Shown: piece after piece, positions 53,285 to 64,000 of the stretch
Layout of the letters: the number at the start of each line of letters is the position of its first letter
Numbering within the stretch: position 1 is the stretch's first letter
Assembly: GCA_977017575.1 (NCBI GenBank)
Contig: CDRNVI010000161.1
Coordinates: forward strand, 29,127 to 93,126
Source: Paramoeba atlantica
Lineage: Eukaryota > Protista > Discosea
Length of the DNA: 64,000 bases
Direction of reading: 5' to 3'
Made by a program: the position numbers and the translations under genes
The notes under the pieces: model-generated
Databases searched by the model: none
The model's input: the letters and a program-made list of their open reading frames with translations, nothing else
Told to the model about the DNA's origin: nothing

Positions 53285-55745
53285 CGGGTTCCTTCCAGGG
53301 GGGCCTAATTAGTCTTTTTGGGCCTAATTAGGCTCCTGTTTGTTGGCCAAAATAAAGCACATTTTTGAACTTTTTTTTTTTTTTGACTTTCTTTTGTGTT
53401 TCTTTGAGGTTTTTTCTTGATTTTCATCATAATGCCTTTCTCAGAAAGTCTGAATGAAAAAAGTTACAGTGGTGAGAAAAATGAGTTCTGGATCAACTTC
53501 TCCAAGAATTGAAGAATTGAAGGAGGATACTATTTGGTTCTGCAAAGCTGTGAACCTTTGCCCTTCTCATCTTCTAAGGAAACATTTTGGTGACCAATAT
53601 CAAGAAGCATCTCTCTCTTCACTCAGGGTGAAAAGGAACTTCAGAACTAGGACAGGAAATCTCAGATGATAGTTTTGCTTTGTTCTCCTGTCTTCCAGAA
53701 TGATTACCTTCTGGCTCTCCTTGAAAATTTGAAGTTTGTTGGAGAAGCGGATGTCTCAGAGGGTTGTGGGACTTCAACTCATCCATCTTCATCTTCATCA
53801 TCCTCTTCTGGCTCAGGAGGATCAAGTTCTGGTTCATCCCAGGCATCAACAACCTCTGTGCCTGTTTTGGGCTCATCTGATACTGATGATGAAGATACTG
53901 AATCTTGCTCTGATATTGAGGAGGAAGGGGAAGACAATGTAGCAGAACTCGTTGAAAATGATCTTTCCTTTGTGTTTCTGAGTGGTCTTCCTCAACAACT
54001 GATGCTTGTGCTGTGATAGGAGCACAAGACTTCAAGGCCTGTACAAGAATTCGCTTTGATGCTGTTTATGTCCCCACTCCCCTCGATATTTTTCTCCAAG
54101 TTCTGCCTCTAACCTTTCTAAAAACTGATGTGTTGAAAGCAACAAATGAGTTTAACCATTCTTTGAACTTCACTGAAGCTGAAATGCTTGATTTTATTGC
54201 CTTGTGCCAGATTATATCTTTCTACCCAGGACATAAAAGAAGGGATTTTTTTCGAATTTCAAAGGATTCAGCTGGATCTTCCTTGCATGGTACACTGCCT
54301 TATCTTGGGAAATATATCAGTAGAAATCAGTTTGATATGATTGTCTCCTCTCTTAAACTTGCTCCTCTCTCTGCAAAACCCTCTTACACAGACTGTATGT
54401 GGGAAATTCGACCCCTGATTGCTGCTTTTAATGAGAAGATGAAGACCATCTTTGTTCCAAGTTGGCAGGTCTGTCTGGATGAGTCTATGGTGGTGTGGTT
54501 CTGTAAATGGGCTCCTGGTTGGATGTTTGTTCAGAGGGAACCTCATCCTTTTGGAAATGAATATCATACAATTGGTTGTGGGGAGACTAGAGTGATATTC
54601 TTTCTTGAAATTGTGGAAGGAAAGTCCCATCCTCCTGAAATGGGCCTGCCCAAGTTTCAACCTCCATCTGGTTCTGGAGCGAAAACTGTTGGTTTAATGC
54701 TTAGAATGACTGAGGGAATTTGGGGAACTGGTCGAGTAGTTGCTTTGGATAGTGGTTTTTGTGTGTTGGAAGGTTGTATTCAACTTCTTTGAGAAGGGAT
54801 TGTATTGTACTTCAGTTGTGAAGAAAAAATGATATTGGTCCAAAGGAATTCCAGGGGAAGAGATTGTTGCACACCTCAAGGAGAAGGAACCTGGTTATGT
54901 GTGAAAGTGAAGAAAGGATCTCTGAGAGGTTATAAATTCTATGTGGAGGCTTTCCAAGATGTTCATCACTCTTCTATAATGATTAATACCTGGGGAACTT
55001 CTTTTCCCACTGGTTGCCTATGAAATTGCAAGCTTGAAGGCCAAAGACTCTCCCTGTGATATACTCAGCCTCTTGACTTTTACTATCAAACCAGGCATTG
55101 TGTGGATGATCACAACCAACTGAGAAAAATGAGTCCACAGGCAGTTTGCTTTCATTCTTGTAGTTGTGGAAGTCAATGCCTTCCTCATATTTCAGCACTT
55201 TTTCCCCCAAGCCAAAGAGCTCTCCTTTGCAGAATTTCATTTTGAGGTTGCCCAAGGTCTACTCTCTCAGAATCATCCCTTGGATGAAGGCTATAACCTG
55301 CAAATACCACTCCCAACTCATGTAGAATATCATCTGATGATTAAGCCCAACTTTGCTGGAGTTTGGTGAAATGGTAATTGGACTGAAGCCAGACAAGAGT
55401 ACCAGAAGAGTAGATGCAAATGGGACAAATTGTACAAAGAAAGTTCAAACCTATTGCTCCTGTGATCAAACACTCATTTTTTGTTCAGGTTGCTTTGCTG
55501 ACCATATGAGCAGGCACATGACTGAGGACTAATTAGTCCTTTTGAAAAATGATGATTTTTTTTTTTTGGTGACTCAATTTTTTTTTTCAAAAAACAATAT
55601 TTGAACAAATATTTCTTGATATTCTTGTTTAAAAGATCTTTATTAAAAAGTTTATCAAAAAAAATCTCCCCTCCACCCACCAGTGGCTTCAAAAAAAGAG
55701 TCAAAAATAGAGGCCTAATTAGTCTTTTGGCTTGAAAGGAACTCG
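53285..55745 (+). mobile_element. Full-span piggyBac-like transposon with disrupted transposase (~53433-55532)
   Basis: VCLDESMVVWF, EPHPFGNEYH, GRVVALDSGF, CVDDHNQL and a C-terminal Cys-rich domain. Left end CGGGTTCCTTCCAGG; right end GGCTTGAAAGGAACTCG (intact version at 9382-9396). Frameshifts, stops and a deletion. Confidence 0.9.
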
Positions 55746-57545
55746 ATTTTCTGGAGAGTTTAACAATTTTATTTGTTTTTTTTCTGGTTTTTCTGGTTTT
55801 TTCTTTTTTTCTGGTTTTTTCTTTTCTTTTGGAAGATGGTGAAACATTTCTCCCAGAGTCTCACAGTTTTTGTGCTGTGTGGTTCACATATCTCAGATCA
55901 ATCTTTCTCTTTGGTATAAAAAGGCTGGAGATGCTGCTGTTGGTGAAGTCTCCTCTTTGTCCTGTTCCTTTGCATACTTCTTGAGTACTTTCTCTGGCCT
56001 TCTTTTCCATTGTTTATCCCTCTTGATTATCCTTGGTTTTGGTCTTTTCCCCTTTTGGAGTAGAGTTTCTCAAGCCAACTCCAAAACCCCCCCCTCTTAT
56101 TTATCTTGATCTCAATCTTCCATCTTCTTTTCTTTCTGATTGCAATCTGAACCAATTGGGCCAATTCAACATTCAAATAGGTTCTTGGCTGTTTCCTCTT
56201 AACTGCCTAAAAGGTGGTTTGACAAAAGGTCTCAATATTCAGACCCCCCCCTTGCATCCCCTGAGGATCTCAGTGACCCTTATCAAGGGGGGAAATATTC
56301 ATCCTTTTGGCCAACTGAGCTGATTGGCATTACTAGTCTGCTCCTCTTGGGTTCATATTTCTTCATCACTTTCTTTGAAATCTCCTTGAACCTCCTCATT
56401 TGATAACATCCACCTCTCAAGATCCTTGGATTTCCTAAAGTTGGTGTTAGAGAATCATTTTCTTCTATTCTTGTTGATAGGATTGAAGATTTCTCCTAAA
56501 TCAAATTTCACTTTCTCATCCTTTCCATTCTCATGTGTCTCTCTCTCTCTTTTATTTCTTTCTCAAGTCCTAAATTCTCTTTCTCCATTTCCCCCTATTC
56601 CCCTCATTAATTCCACAAGCTGGTCTTCCACACCATGCTTGCATGAATTTGATCATGGTGACTACAATGATGAGGTACAAGAGTGCTTTTTAGGTGCAGA
56701 AAGTGCTTAGATTCTTTGATCAAGGATATCTTTTGAGATATTGCATTCCTTCTGATGATGTGTGCGCTTTTTGTCCATCATCTTACCCTTCCTTCTTCTT
56801 TGCCTTCTTCTCCTCTGGTTTTTAATTTACTTTAAAGATGTCAGATCATGCAAGATGAACTTATGGACACAGGATTGGAAATTCAAAATTGATTATTCTT
56901 TGCTTCTATTTTTGATTCTGGTAATATTCCATTCAAGAGAAGATTTCTCATTTGTTTACAAAATGAATCAACCATTTGTTCAATTCAGGTCTATTGCTTT
57001 GTCTCCTCTCCAATATCTCTGCTTGTCCTTACCCCTCTCTTTAGGAGTTTGTTCATCAGTTATTCAAACTAAGTCTTGCTCAGATAAAGCATTAATCTTT
57101 TGGATGACTCTTTTGTGCCCTACATTTGGTTTTGACATGGGTGTGTGCACTCAACATCTTCCTCCATTCCAGATAAGGTTCAGTGAGAGCATCACCACTT
57201 GAGTGGCCTGGTGTTTGAGACTGAAATTGAAAGTTGACCCATCAATGCATTAACAAATGTCTTATATAAAGTTGACCTATCAATTGCATACTCAGTGTTT
57301 TGGCCAATGCTGAAGCCTTGAGTGATGTGGGCTCTTGGAGTGCACACTGGAGAACAAGTTGACCCATGCAACACCTCAAACCCAAAATGATGACTGTTTG
57401 TTGAGGGAGCAAGTTGACTCATGTTTTCTGATGACTCTTGTCTGGTTTGAGCAGGGGAGCAAAGTTTCAAAATAAATCTCTTTCCAGATCTCCAATGATG
57501 AGAGTGAAACTGTTATCTTGCTCATAATGAACAGTGACAGTTGGA

Positions 57546-57851
57546 TCATTTTTGTTTGTCCAATTTTCTTTTGAGTTCATCAAGGTCTTTACAATTCTCA
57601 ATCATTTCATTGAGTTGTGTCAGCATTTGCTTCTTTGCTGCTTGGAGGTTGATTTCCTCTTCTCTTTTCCTTTTAGGTGGTGGAGGGGTTTGGTCAGATT
57701 GAGCAAACCACTGAACCAGGTTCATGCAATTACTTGAGAACATTTCAAAAGCTATATGTTGCCATAAGTTGAGATGAGGGAGGACCAAGTCTTGTGTCCC
57801 TGGCCAATTCCTTTCACTTTCAAAAGTTTTCCAATGTTCAGCCAAAGACAT
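57546..57851 (-). pseudogene. Second copy of the 101-aa ORF at 11033-11338
   Basis: Three amino-acid differences from the first copy. Confidence 0.35.
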
Positions 57852-58021
57852 TGAAGACTACTGTGATCAGTGTTTTCTTCATGAGCTTACATCAGGTTGC
57901 ATTGACCCAGACAATGAAGAAGAAGAAGAAGAAGAACTTGAATCAGAGTTTCTTCAAACAATCAGTGTCAAGTCAAGATCACTGAAAATACATCCAGGAA
58001 TAGAAGTCTCTGGTGAAAGAG

Positions 58022-58368
58022 TTTCTGTTTGGATCAATCAACAAAACAGGTTCTTTTTTTCCCTTTCACAACATCATCACCTTCAACTTCTACACATAAC
58101 CTTTTCTTTCAAATCAAACAATCCAATCATCAAAAAAATAATAAATACACACTTTTTTTCCTTTTTCTTTTTCTTTTTTGTTCCATTTCTTCAACCTTCA
58201 CCATCTTTATTGAACCAAAAAACAAACAAATCAGAAAAAAGACCACAAGAGTGAACATATGGATATAACATCAGATTTTTTTTTGAAGGCTCAAAAGGAA
58301 TATTTGAAGTCACTTCAATCCTAAAAAACACTATGATTGCAAGTGCAGCTTAAGCCCACTCTCATGTA
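58022..58368 (-). mobile_element. Truncated CACACAGGGG-ended MITE copy
   Basis: Reverse complement of 43266-43612. Confidence 0.82.
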
Positions 58369-58654
58369 AAGCATTAAACCAACAATTTTCACTCCAAAAC
58401 CTGATGGAGGTTGAAACTTGGACAGGCCCTTTTCAGGAATTTCAAGAGGATGGAACTTTCCCTTGACAATTTCAAGAAAAAATATCACTCTAGTCTCCCC
58501 TCAACCAATTATATGATGTTCATTTCCAAAAAAATATGGTTTCTTTCTGAACAAACATTCAACCAGAAGTCCATTTGTAGAACCACACCACCATAGACTC
58601 ATTCAAACAGACCTGACAGAGTTGTTAACTTGGAGCAAAGATGGTCTTCATCTT
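58369..58654 (-). pseudogene. Inverted piggyBac-like transposase fragment
   Basis: Reverse complement of 54433-54702; paralog of 11787-12072. Confidence 0.85.
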
Positions 58655-60855
58655 TTTGTTAAAAGCAACATGTAATTATAGATGGGGTGATCTCTCATGA
58701 TGATAATGTGGTTAAAAAAGCAATTAAGGATTTTTGGGAGGGTCTTCTCAGCATATAAAGACCATATAACAAAGATTCTCTTGATGAACTGATTGCTGAC
58801 CACCAACCTCATTTCCCCTCAGTTGAGAAACATGATGTGGACAGGAAGAAAGTCAATAAACTACTTCAGAGAACCAACAACACCAGCACAGGACCTGATG
58901 GTATTTCCTTCTCTTTGTATAAGGCAACACAAGAGAAGTACTTTGATATGTGGGTAGAACTAATTCAACAAGCAAGTGAGGTTATGAATTTTCAGGAGAT
59001 CAATTGATGAAGCAGTAGAATCAGTATATGACTTTTTTTACAAAGCTTTGGCAGAGGGGAAAGATGTGACTTTCCTCCAAACAGACTTTTGCAAGATATA
59101 TGATTATGTGAATTGTGATGCACTCCTTCATATTCTCAAAGGTTTGAACACCCCCCTCAAGCAATCTATGTTGTTGAGAAAGTCCTTTGTGAATATGTAA
59201 CCTGGCTGCTAAATATTGGTGGATCCAAGAGGGCAGGCATCAAAGAATCAATCCAAAGATGAACAGGAGTTAGACAAGGATGCCCAATCTCCTCTCTATT
59301 GTTTGTGATTGTGTTTGACATCCTCCTTGTGAGTCTGAAGAAGAAACACAACCCCCAAGATCTGCCAGGCTTTATGGATGATTTGGAAATGATACTTCAG
59401 AGAGCTGAAACCATCAATTCTCTCACTCCAACCTTTAAGAAATATAAAGAAGTGACTGGAGCTAAACTGAACTTTAATAAGTGCTTTGTTCTCTCAACTG
59501 AGTCTTACAAACCAGTAGGCCCCTGGTCTGAGATGGCAAGACTCAATTACTGTGGTGATGAAACTGGGAGTGAGATTGAGTAAATGGTTATCTCTTCTTA
59601 AAAATTGGGAGAAGGTGGTTCAAAAGATGAAGAAAGTTGGAACAGCAATTAAAAAGAGAGGTGGGAATTTTTGCTCAAGAGTGAAGATGGTCAATACCTA
59701 TTTAACTCCATGTATGGAATACTTAGTGAGATTCAAGTTGATCCTAAAATCTGTCACCTCTTTGATGTAGAAATCCCTCTGCTCAGCCCTGGGTGCCTAT
59801 GCCAACACTAAAACCTCTGTTCTTACTTTATGCTATCCCCTTTGAACTCAAATCCTCAACTACACCACTTCATTGTTTTTAATTGAGCTCTTTTCACCTC
59901 TTGTCCACCAATGAAGAGTGACTATCAGAGTCCTCTCTCCATTGGAGTTATGTAGAAGGATGCTTTCATTGCAGTCCAAAGCCTTTCTTCCAAAGTTGTG
60001 TTTGGCCAAGCCACTTGTTGCATATACCAATATGTCTCAAATGATTCCAATTGAAATCAAAGACTTGTATGTAGAGGAAGAAAGAGCTGAGTGTGTGGTG
60101 TACAACTTGACTCATGCAATTAGACCTTAGCTTAAGAGGAATTTACTTAAATTTCTAATAAAAGAGCTATCTACAAGAAACAAGTTGTTTCACTTCTCAA
60201 ACTAAGATGCTCAGCTGTCACTGAGAAAAGGAGTTATGATCTCATCTACTGGAAAAATGCTCTGTGGCTGAGGGTCTTCTTCAAGCAAGAGGAAGGAAAT
60301 GTATTTTGCTGAAAGTACCCAACTGACAAGAAACTAAGAGTGTATGGTCTTGTCTTAAAGTATCTTACCAAGCAAGAAACCTCTGTGGTAAGTGTTGCCC
60401 TACTGAGTTTGTAGCTTACAATGTATACAAAAGAAATTAAATCAGCTTAGTATACTAAAAAAAATTTTAGAAAAATCCTGAGAAAGAATAAAATCCTTCC
60501 TTAGCTTCTAAGGACTCAAACTGAAAAAGGATCTAAAGAGAAAAAAAGTTTTAAATTCAAAAGCTTTTAAATGTTTTATAATGGTTCAAAACATACAAAC
60601 CCTCATCTAGGGGGTGCAGGTTTTGCAGTTTTCAGAGAAAAAAGAGAGATATGTGGTGGGTTTGAAACCATTTCTCTTGGCTTTAACAATATTGGTGAAT
60701 TTACAAGTTGCTTGAAAGGGATACAAAGTATTAAATCAATGATAAAAGAGATTATAATTGTTGAAGATTGTATAATTCTTACCAAAGCAGTGTTCAAAAC
60801 CCATACTAAAAAAAATTATACTTTAAATGAATTACTTTGTGAAATTACAAGTTAA
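58655..60855 (+). mobile_element. Degenerate L1-like retrotransposon with RNase H, second copy
   Basis: GPDG, DFCK.YDYV, GVRQGCPISPLLF, GFMDDL and RNase H-like MFYNGSKHTNPHLGGAG...NNIGEF. Same RT deletion as 12073-14520. Confidence 0.85.
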
Positions 60856-62085
60856 GGCTTGAAGGTTTGCAACACTATAAGCAAGACAATTATTTAAGAT
60901 AAGAAAAGTTTTGATATCATCTTTGAACTTTAAAAATCAATATTTTATAATTACTTTTAAAACAAAAATTTTATCAATTCAATAAGAAAATAACTTATTA
61001 TTGATATTTAGTGATGAAAATAATATTACATGACACCATTCATTCACTGAGAAATTATATATTACCTTTAAGTTTGAAACAAAGGATATTGTTTTGATAA
61101 TTATAAAAATTAAAAAACTCTATCTAATAATACCAATTATAAACATTAAAGTGATATAGAATTCATTTCAAGAGAAATAATATATATGGAAACAATTATA
61201 TATTAAAACAACTTTGAGTTTTTTAGTATCTTTTTTACAATTAAAATCAGTTTCATTAATATTTATAATCAATTGAAAGTGAGCAGCATCAATTTTTTTT
61301 TGCAATTTTTTTGCATTTTATTTCAGCTTTTCTTCAAACAAATTACACCTTTCTACCTTAAGTGACTTTGAATCAATAAGAAAAAGTTGTTTTTCACTTT
61401 AAACAAAGGAATAAATTAAGGTAAAAGAGATTACTTTTAAGAAAGTGATATTAATCCAATCTTTGAAAGTGGTTTGGATCAATGAAACTTGGTTTCTATT
61501 ACATTTTTACATATATTTAACAATTTTATCAATTTGAAAAGGTTCAATCTTTATAAAGTGTTTTCACATCTTTGATTTTACTCTAAAAAGCAAGTTACCC
61601 TAAGTTTTGAAAAGTTTTCTGTTTTGTTGTTAGTTAATTTGAAAAAAACAACTCACAGTTGTGAAAGTTATTATTCATTCTTTTTCATTTGAATTATTAA
61701 AAATTAATTTTTCATAAAAACAATAATATTACTTTATTAAAATTTAATAAAGAGTTAACTTTTCTTATTCAAAGGTTTCATAAAAAAGAATGTATTCATA
61801 AACTAGAAGTTTTAAATTTTACAATGAAATTACTTCAACAAGAAGGACAAAAGATTTTTTTTTTTTTTTGTGAAAGAAGAGAATAGATTCTTAAAAATGA
61901 GTTTAGGTGAAATGAAATAATTAAACAAAAACCAATAAAAACAAACAAAAAACTAAAATCAATTTTAGAAATAAAACTAATTTTCTTTATTTGGTAAAAA
62001 AAAAAATATTTTTTTCAATTTGATTTTTATATTTTTTAAAAAAATAAGATTTTAAATATTCAAAAAAGAGAAAAAAATTTTTGAT

Positions 62086-64000
62086 AAAAAAAGAAAATAA
62101 AAAATAAATCAAATACATCAATTCAAAACAATTAAGAAATTTTATTGAACCAACTTAAAAAATATCATAGATCTGAAATATAAGTTCTAAAAATATCACA
62201 GAATCAGAAAATAAATTAAGGAATTGTATTCAATATGGAGACATAATTAAGAAATTGAAATTACAAAAAAATAATATGAAAAAAAGAAAATAAAAAATAA
62301 ATCAAATACATCAATTCAAAACAATTAAGAAATTTTATTGAACCAACTTAAAAAATATCATAGATCTGAAATATAAGTTCTAAAAATATCACAGAATCAG
62401 AAAATAAATTAAGGAATTGTATTCAATATGGAGACATAATTAAGAAATTGAAATTACAAAAAAATAATATGAAAAAAAGAAAATAAAAAATAAATCAAAT
62501 ACATCAATTCAAAACAATTAAGAAATTTTATTGAACCAACTTAAAAAATATCATAGATCTGAAATATAAGTTCTAAAAATATCACAGAATCAGAAAATAA
62601 ATTAAGGAATTGTATTCAATATGGAGACATAATTAAGAAATTGAAATTACAAAAAAATAATATGAAAAAAAGAAAATAAAAAATAAATCAAATACATCAA
62701 TTCAAAACAATTAAGAAATTTTATTGAACCAACTTAAAAAATATCATAGATCTGAAATATAAGTTCTAAAAATATCACAGAATCAGAAAATAAATTAAGG
62801 AATTGTATTCAATATGGAGACATAATTAAGAAATTGAAATTACAAAAAAATAATATGAAAAAAAGAAAATAAAAAATAAATCAAATACATCAATTCAAAA
62901 CAATTAAGAAATTTTATTGAACCAACTTAAAAAATATCATAGATCTGAAATATAAGTTCTAAAAATATCACAGAATCAGAAAATAAATTAAGGAATTGTA
63001 TTCAATATGGAGACATAATTAAGAAATTGAAATTACAAAAAAATAATATGAAAAAAAGAAAATAAAAAATAAATCAAATACATCAATTCAAAACAATTAA
63101 GAAATTTTATTGAACCAACTTAAAAAATATCATAGATCTGAAATATAAGTTCTAAAAATATCACAGAATCAGAAAATAAATTAAGGAATTGTATTCAATA
63201 TGGAGACATAATTAAGAAATTGAAATTACAAAAAAATAATATGAAAAAAAGAAAATAAAAAATAAATCAAATACATCAATTCAAAACAATTAAGAAATTT
63301 TATTGAACCAACTTAAAAAATATCATAGATCTGAAATATAAGTTCTAAAAATATCACAGAATCAGAAAATAAATTAAGGAATTGTATTCAATATGGAGAC
63401 ATAATTAAGAAATTGAAATTACAAAAAAATAATATGAAAAAAAGAAAATAAAAAATAAATCAAATACATCAATTCAAAACAATTAAGAAATTTTATTGAA
63501 CCAACTTAAAAAATATCATAGATCTGAAATATAAGTTCTAAAAATATCACAGAATCAGAAAATAAATTAAGGAATTGTATTCAATATGGAGACATAATTA
63601 AGAAATTGAAATTACAAAAAAATAATATGAAAAAAAGAAAATAAAAAATAAATCAAATACATCAATTCAAAACAATTAAGAAATTTTATTGAACCAACTT
63701 AAAAAATATCATAGATCTGAAATATAAGTTCTAAAAATATCACAGAATCAGAAAATAAATTAAGGAATTGTATTCAATATGGAGACATAATTAAGAAATT
63801 GAAATTACAAAAAAATAATATGAAAAAAAGAAAATAAAAAATAAATCAAATACATCAATTCAAAACAATTAAGAAATTTTATTGAACCAACTTAAAAAAT
63901 ATCATAGATCTGAAATATAAGTTCTAAAAATATCACAGAATCAGAAAATAAATTAAGGAATTGTATTCAATATGGAGACATAATTAAGAAATTGAAATTA
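62086..64000. repeat. 193-bp satellite, ~10 apparently identical units, runs off the window end
   Basis: The anchor recurs at 62110, 62303, 62496 ... 63847 (9 x 193 = 1737). Confidence 0.97.

Noticed and set aside
62086-64000. 193-bp repeat as a repetitive coiled-coil coding region
   Set aside because: The period is not a multiple of three, and stops are frequent in all frames.

Overview
AT-rich eukaryotic (protist-like) rDNA locus. It holds the 3' end of one 28S gene (1-1446), a ~33 kb intergenic spacer, a complete 18S-5.8S-28S unit (34563-41377) and the first ~22.6 kb of the next spacer. The two 28S genes are offset by ~39.93 kb. The spacers are colinear but differ by multi-kb indels. They carry Pol III genes: a Gly-His-Thr-Met tRNA cluster whose intact members differ between units, tRNA-Lys, and an antisense 5S pseudogene. 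The only clearly intact protein gene is a 4-unit polyubiquitin. The rest is largely decayed transposons: two piggyBac-like families, a compact PIF/Harbinger-IS5-like element, hAT, a MULE-like MITE, a second MITE with a palindrome array, an L1-like element with RNase H and a CRE-like RT element, plus a 193-bp satellite and long purine/pyrimidine tracts. The most striking signals are (i) a poly(A)-tailed, 15-bp-TSD insertion ~50 bp upstream of tRNA-Gly whose 3' end recurs just upstream of tRNA-Thr, suggesting a tRNA-gene-targeting retroelement; (ii) transition-only divergence between spacer copies that rises toward the satellite; and (iii) a piggyBac-like element with non-TTAA ends. An amoebozoan host (long AT-rich 18S of ~2.1 kb) is a tentative guess only. 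All calls come from manual reading and translation; no searches were run, and boundaries of decayed elements are approximate.
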